Of a stretch of DNA of 64,000 bases, positions 61,742-64,000 are shown one piece after another. The stretch covers positions 101 to 64,100 of the forward strand of contig JAUSEK010000001.1 of assembly GCA_030650275.1 (NCBI GenBank), written 5' to 3'. The notes below the pieces were generated by a model. It made no database searches. It was not told where the DNA came from and saw only the letters and a list, made by a program, of their open reading frames with translations. This DNA comes from Candidatus Omnitrophota bacterium. GTDB taxonomy: Bacteria; Omnitrophota; Gorgyraeia; Zapsychrales; Fredricksoniimonadaceae. How positions within the stretch are numbered: the stretch's first letter is position 1; the number at the start of each line of letters is the position of its first letter. The position numbers and the translations under genes were made by a program.

Positions 61742-61770
61742 GTACAGACGCAGCATTGCTGCGTCTCTAC
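61742..61770 (-). repeat. GTAG-type REP-like palindrome supplying the rodZ stop codon
   Basis: Minus strand gTAGagacgcagcaatgctgcgtctgtac; nearly identical to 577-604. Confidence 0.85.
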
Positions 61771-62567
61771 TTTTTCACCGTAAGCCCCTCTTTGGTAATG
61801 ACAACCCTTTTGGCCCCGCGCTCGGCGCCGCCTAAGGACCCGATATGCCTGCCGTTGACCTCCAGGTCCAGCTCATTGATGTTCTTGCCGGAAAGTTCGA
61901 TCCGGTCCTGGGCAGACCAGGATTCCGTGGTCCCCTTTTTCATCCGGTCCTCGAATACGATCTTGTCGTCGGTCTTGACCCTGATCCAGGTGTTCCTGGG
62001 AACCCGCACAGCCAATGTCACCTTGGCGCTGTTGCTTTGGGTCCTGATGATCTGCGATCTGTGGGCAGCGGGTTCTTCGGCCCGCTGTATTTTCTTTCCG
62101 CCAGAGGCGGATCCGCCTTTGGCGGAGACAGGCACGTGTTTCTTGAACGCATCGACCGCGCATCCGCCGACTTTGAGGACCACCACAACAGCCAGAACAA
62201 TGCCGATCCAACGGACCATCATGGACCGGTTTTTAGAACTGAATATTTCGCGTTTGGACTGATAAAAACGGGACGACGGGGCGACAACCACCGGCCTGCC
62301 TGGCAAGGGAGGTTTTGGCTGCTGGACCTCGTAACGGGAAAGGACCTCAACAGGGTCGAGCCCTAAGAATTCCGCGTAAATCTTCAGGAAACCCCGGTAA
62401 TAGAACGGGGTCAGCATGCGCACGGAATACCCCTCTTCAATGGCCTTGAGCGCGTCTAAAGGGATCTTGGTGGCCTCGTGGACAATGTCCAGGGTCAGCC
62501 CTTTGGCTTCGCGGGTTGTTTTCAGCAGAGAATTATGCGTTTTCTGCGGCGTTGGTTCCGGCATCAC
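61767..62567 (-). CDS. rodZ: RodZ-like protein (HTH-TM-DUF4115)
   Basis: LKTTREAKGL..YYRGFLKIYAEFLGL HTH, TM, TWIRVKTD...; lies between ftsK and rimO. Confidence 0.85.
   Translation of the reverse strand: MMPEPTPQKTHNSLLKTTREAKGLTLDIVHEATKIPLDALKAIEEGYSVRMLTPFYYRGFLKIYAEFLGLDPVEVLSRYEVQQPKPPLPGRPVVVAPSSRFYQSKREIFSSKNRSMMVRWIGIVLAVVVVLKVGGCAVDAFKKHVPVSAKGGSASGGKKIQRAEEPAAHRSQIIRTQSNSAKVTLAVRVPRNTWIRVKTDDKIVFEDRMKKGTTESWSAQDRIELSGKNINELDLEVNGRHIGSLGGAERGAKRVVITKEGLTVKK
62097..62126. repeat. TCCGCC-GGCGGA 30-bp palindrome translated in frame (SAKGGSASGG)
   Basis: tccgccagaggcggatccgcctttggcgga. Confidence 0.85.
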
Positions 62568-63999
62568 TTGGAATGTTCCCCATATTGTCTAAAAGCCACT
62601 TTTCGCGGTCCACGAGGATGTCCCGCGCCTTGCTGCCGGCATAAGTGCCGACAATGCCTTTTTGTTCCATGATATCGATCAGACGCGCCGCGCGCGAATA
62701 TCCCAGGCGCAGGCGCCTTTGCAAAATGGACACCGAGGCCTGGTTGGTCTCTATGACCACGCGCACGGCCTCGTCATACATTGCGTCATCATTTTCCAGC
62801 CCTGCCCCGCCGGAGGAGGATACGGTTTTAAGGACGTTCTCATTATACTCGGGATTGCCCTGACCCTTGATGAAGGCAATGACGCGGGAGATCTCCTCAT
62901 CGGAAACAAAACAGCATTGCCCGCGCGTGGGCTTGCCGTCGCCGGGCTTCATAAAGAGCAGGTCCCCCTTGCCCAACAGGTCCTGCGCGCCGTTGCCATC
63001 CAGCACCGTGCGCGAATCCACCTTGGAGGCGACCTTAAAAGAAATGCGCGCCGGAAAATTGGCCTTGATGATGCCGGTGACGACATCCACCGACGGGCGC
63101 TGGGTGGCCAGGATCAGGTGAATGCCGACCGCGCGGGCCAACTGGGACAAACGGGCGATGGCGCCTTCAATGCTTCTGGCCGAGACCTGCATCAGGTCCG
63201 CCAACTCATCAACGACGATGACAATGTAAGGCATTTGATGGCCTTTGGCCTGATAACCCTTGATATTGCGCACCTGTTCTTTGGCCAGAAGTTTGTAGCG
63301 CTGTTCCATTTCCCCCACCACCCAGTTGAGGGCCGAGGTAACTTTCTTGACATCCGTGACAACCGGACAGATCAAATGCGGCAGGTCATTATAAGGGGCC
63401 AGCTCAACCATCTTGGGGTCCACCATGATGAATTTCACTTCCGAGGGCGACGCGTTAAAAAGGATGGACATGATCAAACCGTTGAGGCACACGGTCTTGC
63501 CCGAACCGGTGGTGCCCGCGACCAAAAGATGGGGCATGTCACAGAGGTCCGCGATCAAAGGCTGGCCGGACGTGTCTTTTCCGACGGCGAGCATGAGTTT
63601 CGAGTCCGAAGAACGCGCCACGCTCTTGCCCAGGACGTCTTTCAGATAAACGGAAGCGGACAAACCGTTGGGCACCTCGACACCGACGCGGTTCTTGCCC
63701 GGGATGGGGGCCAGGATGCGCACCGCCGGGACGCTCAAGGCCAGGGCGATGTCGTCGGACAAACTGGAAATGCGCTGGATCTTCACCCCGGGCGCGGGCT
63801 GAAGTTCATAGCGCGTGATGACCGGCCCGCGCTCGATGTCCACCACCTTGACATTGACCCCGAAATCCGCCAGCGTTTCCTCCAGCATCTTGGCCCCGCC
63901 CATCAGGGCGCTTTGAATGACGCCGGCAGCCACCTGCGGCGGATCATTGAGAAGGTCTAAGGCCGGCAAATGATATTCCCCCACTGTTTTGGGCTTTTG
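62533..63999 (-). CDS. ftsK: DNA translocase FtsK (partial, 5' end outside window)
   Basis: MPHLLVAGTTGSGKT, DPKMVEL, DELADLM, ATQRPS, gamma domain LQRRLRLGYSRAAR. Confidence 0.97.
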   Translation of the reverse strand, partial: QKPKTVGEYHLPALDLLNDPPQVAAGVIQSALMGGAKMLEETLADFGVNVKVVDIERGPVITRYELQPAPGVKIQRISSLSDDIALALSVPAVRILAPIPGKNRVGVEVPNGLSASVYLKDVLGKSVARSSDSKLMLAVGKDTSGQPLIADLCDMPHLLVAGTTGSGKTVCLNGLIMSILFNASPSEVKFIMVDPKMVELAPYNDLPHLICPVVTDVKKVTSALNWVVGEMEQRYKLLAKEQVRNIKGYQAKGHQMPYIVIVVDELADLMQVSARSIEGAIARLSQLARAVGIHLILATQRPSVDVVTGIIKANFPARISFKVASKVDSRTVLDGNGAQDLLGKGDLLFMKPGDGKPTRGQCCFVSDEEISRVIAFIKGQGNPEYNENVLKTVSSSGGAGLENDDAMYDEAVRVVIETNQASVSILQRRLRLGYSRAARLIDIMEQKGIVGTYAGSKARDILVDREKWLLDNMGNIPSDAGTNAAENA

Positions 64000-64000
64000 C

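Overview
GC-rich bacterial chromosome segment, probably Candidatus Omnitrophota (inferred from gene content, repeat families and the protein family at the left edge). Most of it is minus-strand housekeeping: ftsK(partial)-rodZ-rimO-pgsA-pgpA-yccA; ribBA-ribH-nusB-PHP-ribD-ribE-fabZ; tRNA-Pro-ligA-lipoprotein-xerD-CCA core-rbfA-nrnA-truB-ribF; a dcw cluster from mraZ to ftsA that lacks murB and ftsZ and carries an inserted zinc peptidase; gcvT-H-PA-PB-lplA; tkt-tkt-tal; a CoA ligase-thiolase-FadJ cluster; fur-mntH-usp-IMPase-outer-membrane barrel; iscA-thiC. Notable signals: (1) an ORF missing from the track (838 to <1, minus) encoding what I recall as the conserved secreted N-terminal domain of Omnitrophota large multidomain proteins; (2) sigma70 promoters 6-8 nt before the start codon of eight operon-leading genes, suggesting widespread leaderless mRNA; (3) several short palindromic repeat families, some translated in frame inside proteins; (4) an AT-rich islet (about 48.8-52.3 kb) with an integrase-like stub, phased 11/22-bp repeats, a 403-aa orphan, an MNT-HEPN pair and a 51-aa hydrophobic ORF whose 5' UTR pairs with its 3' end, like a type I toxin mRNA. 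I saw no CRISPR array, rRNA or intact transposase. All family assignments come from motif recognition by eye; no searches were run.
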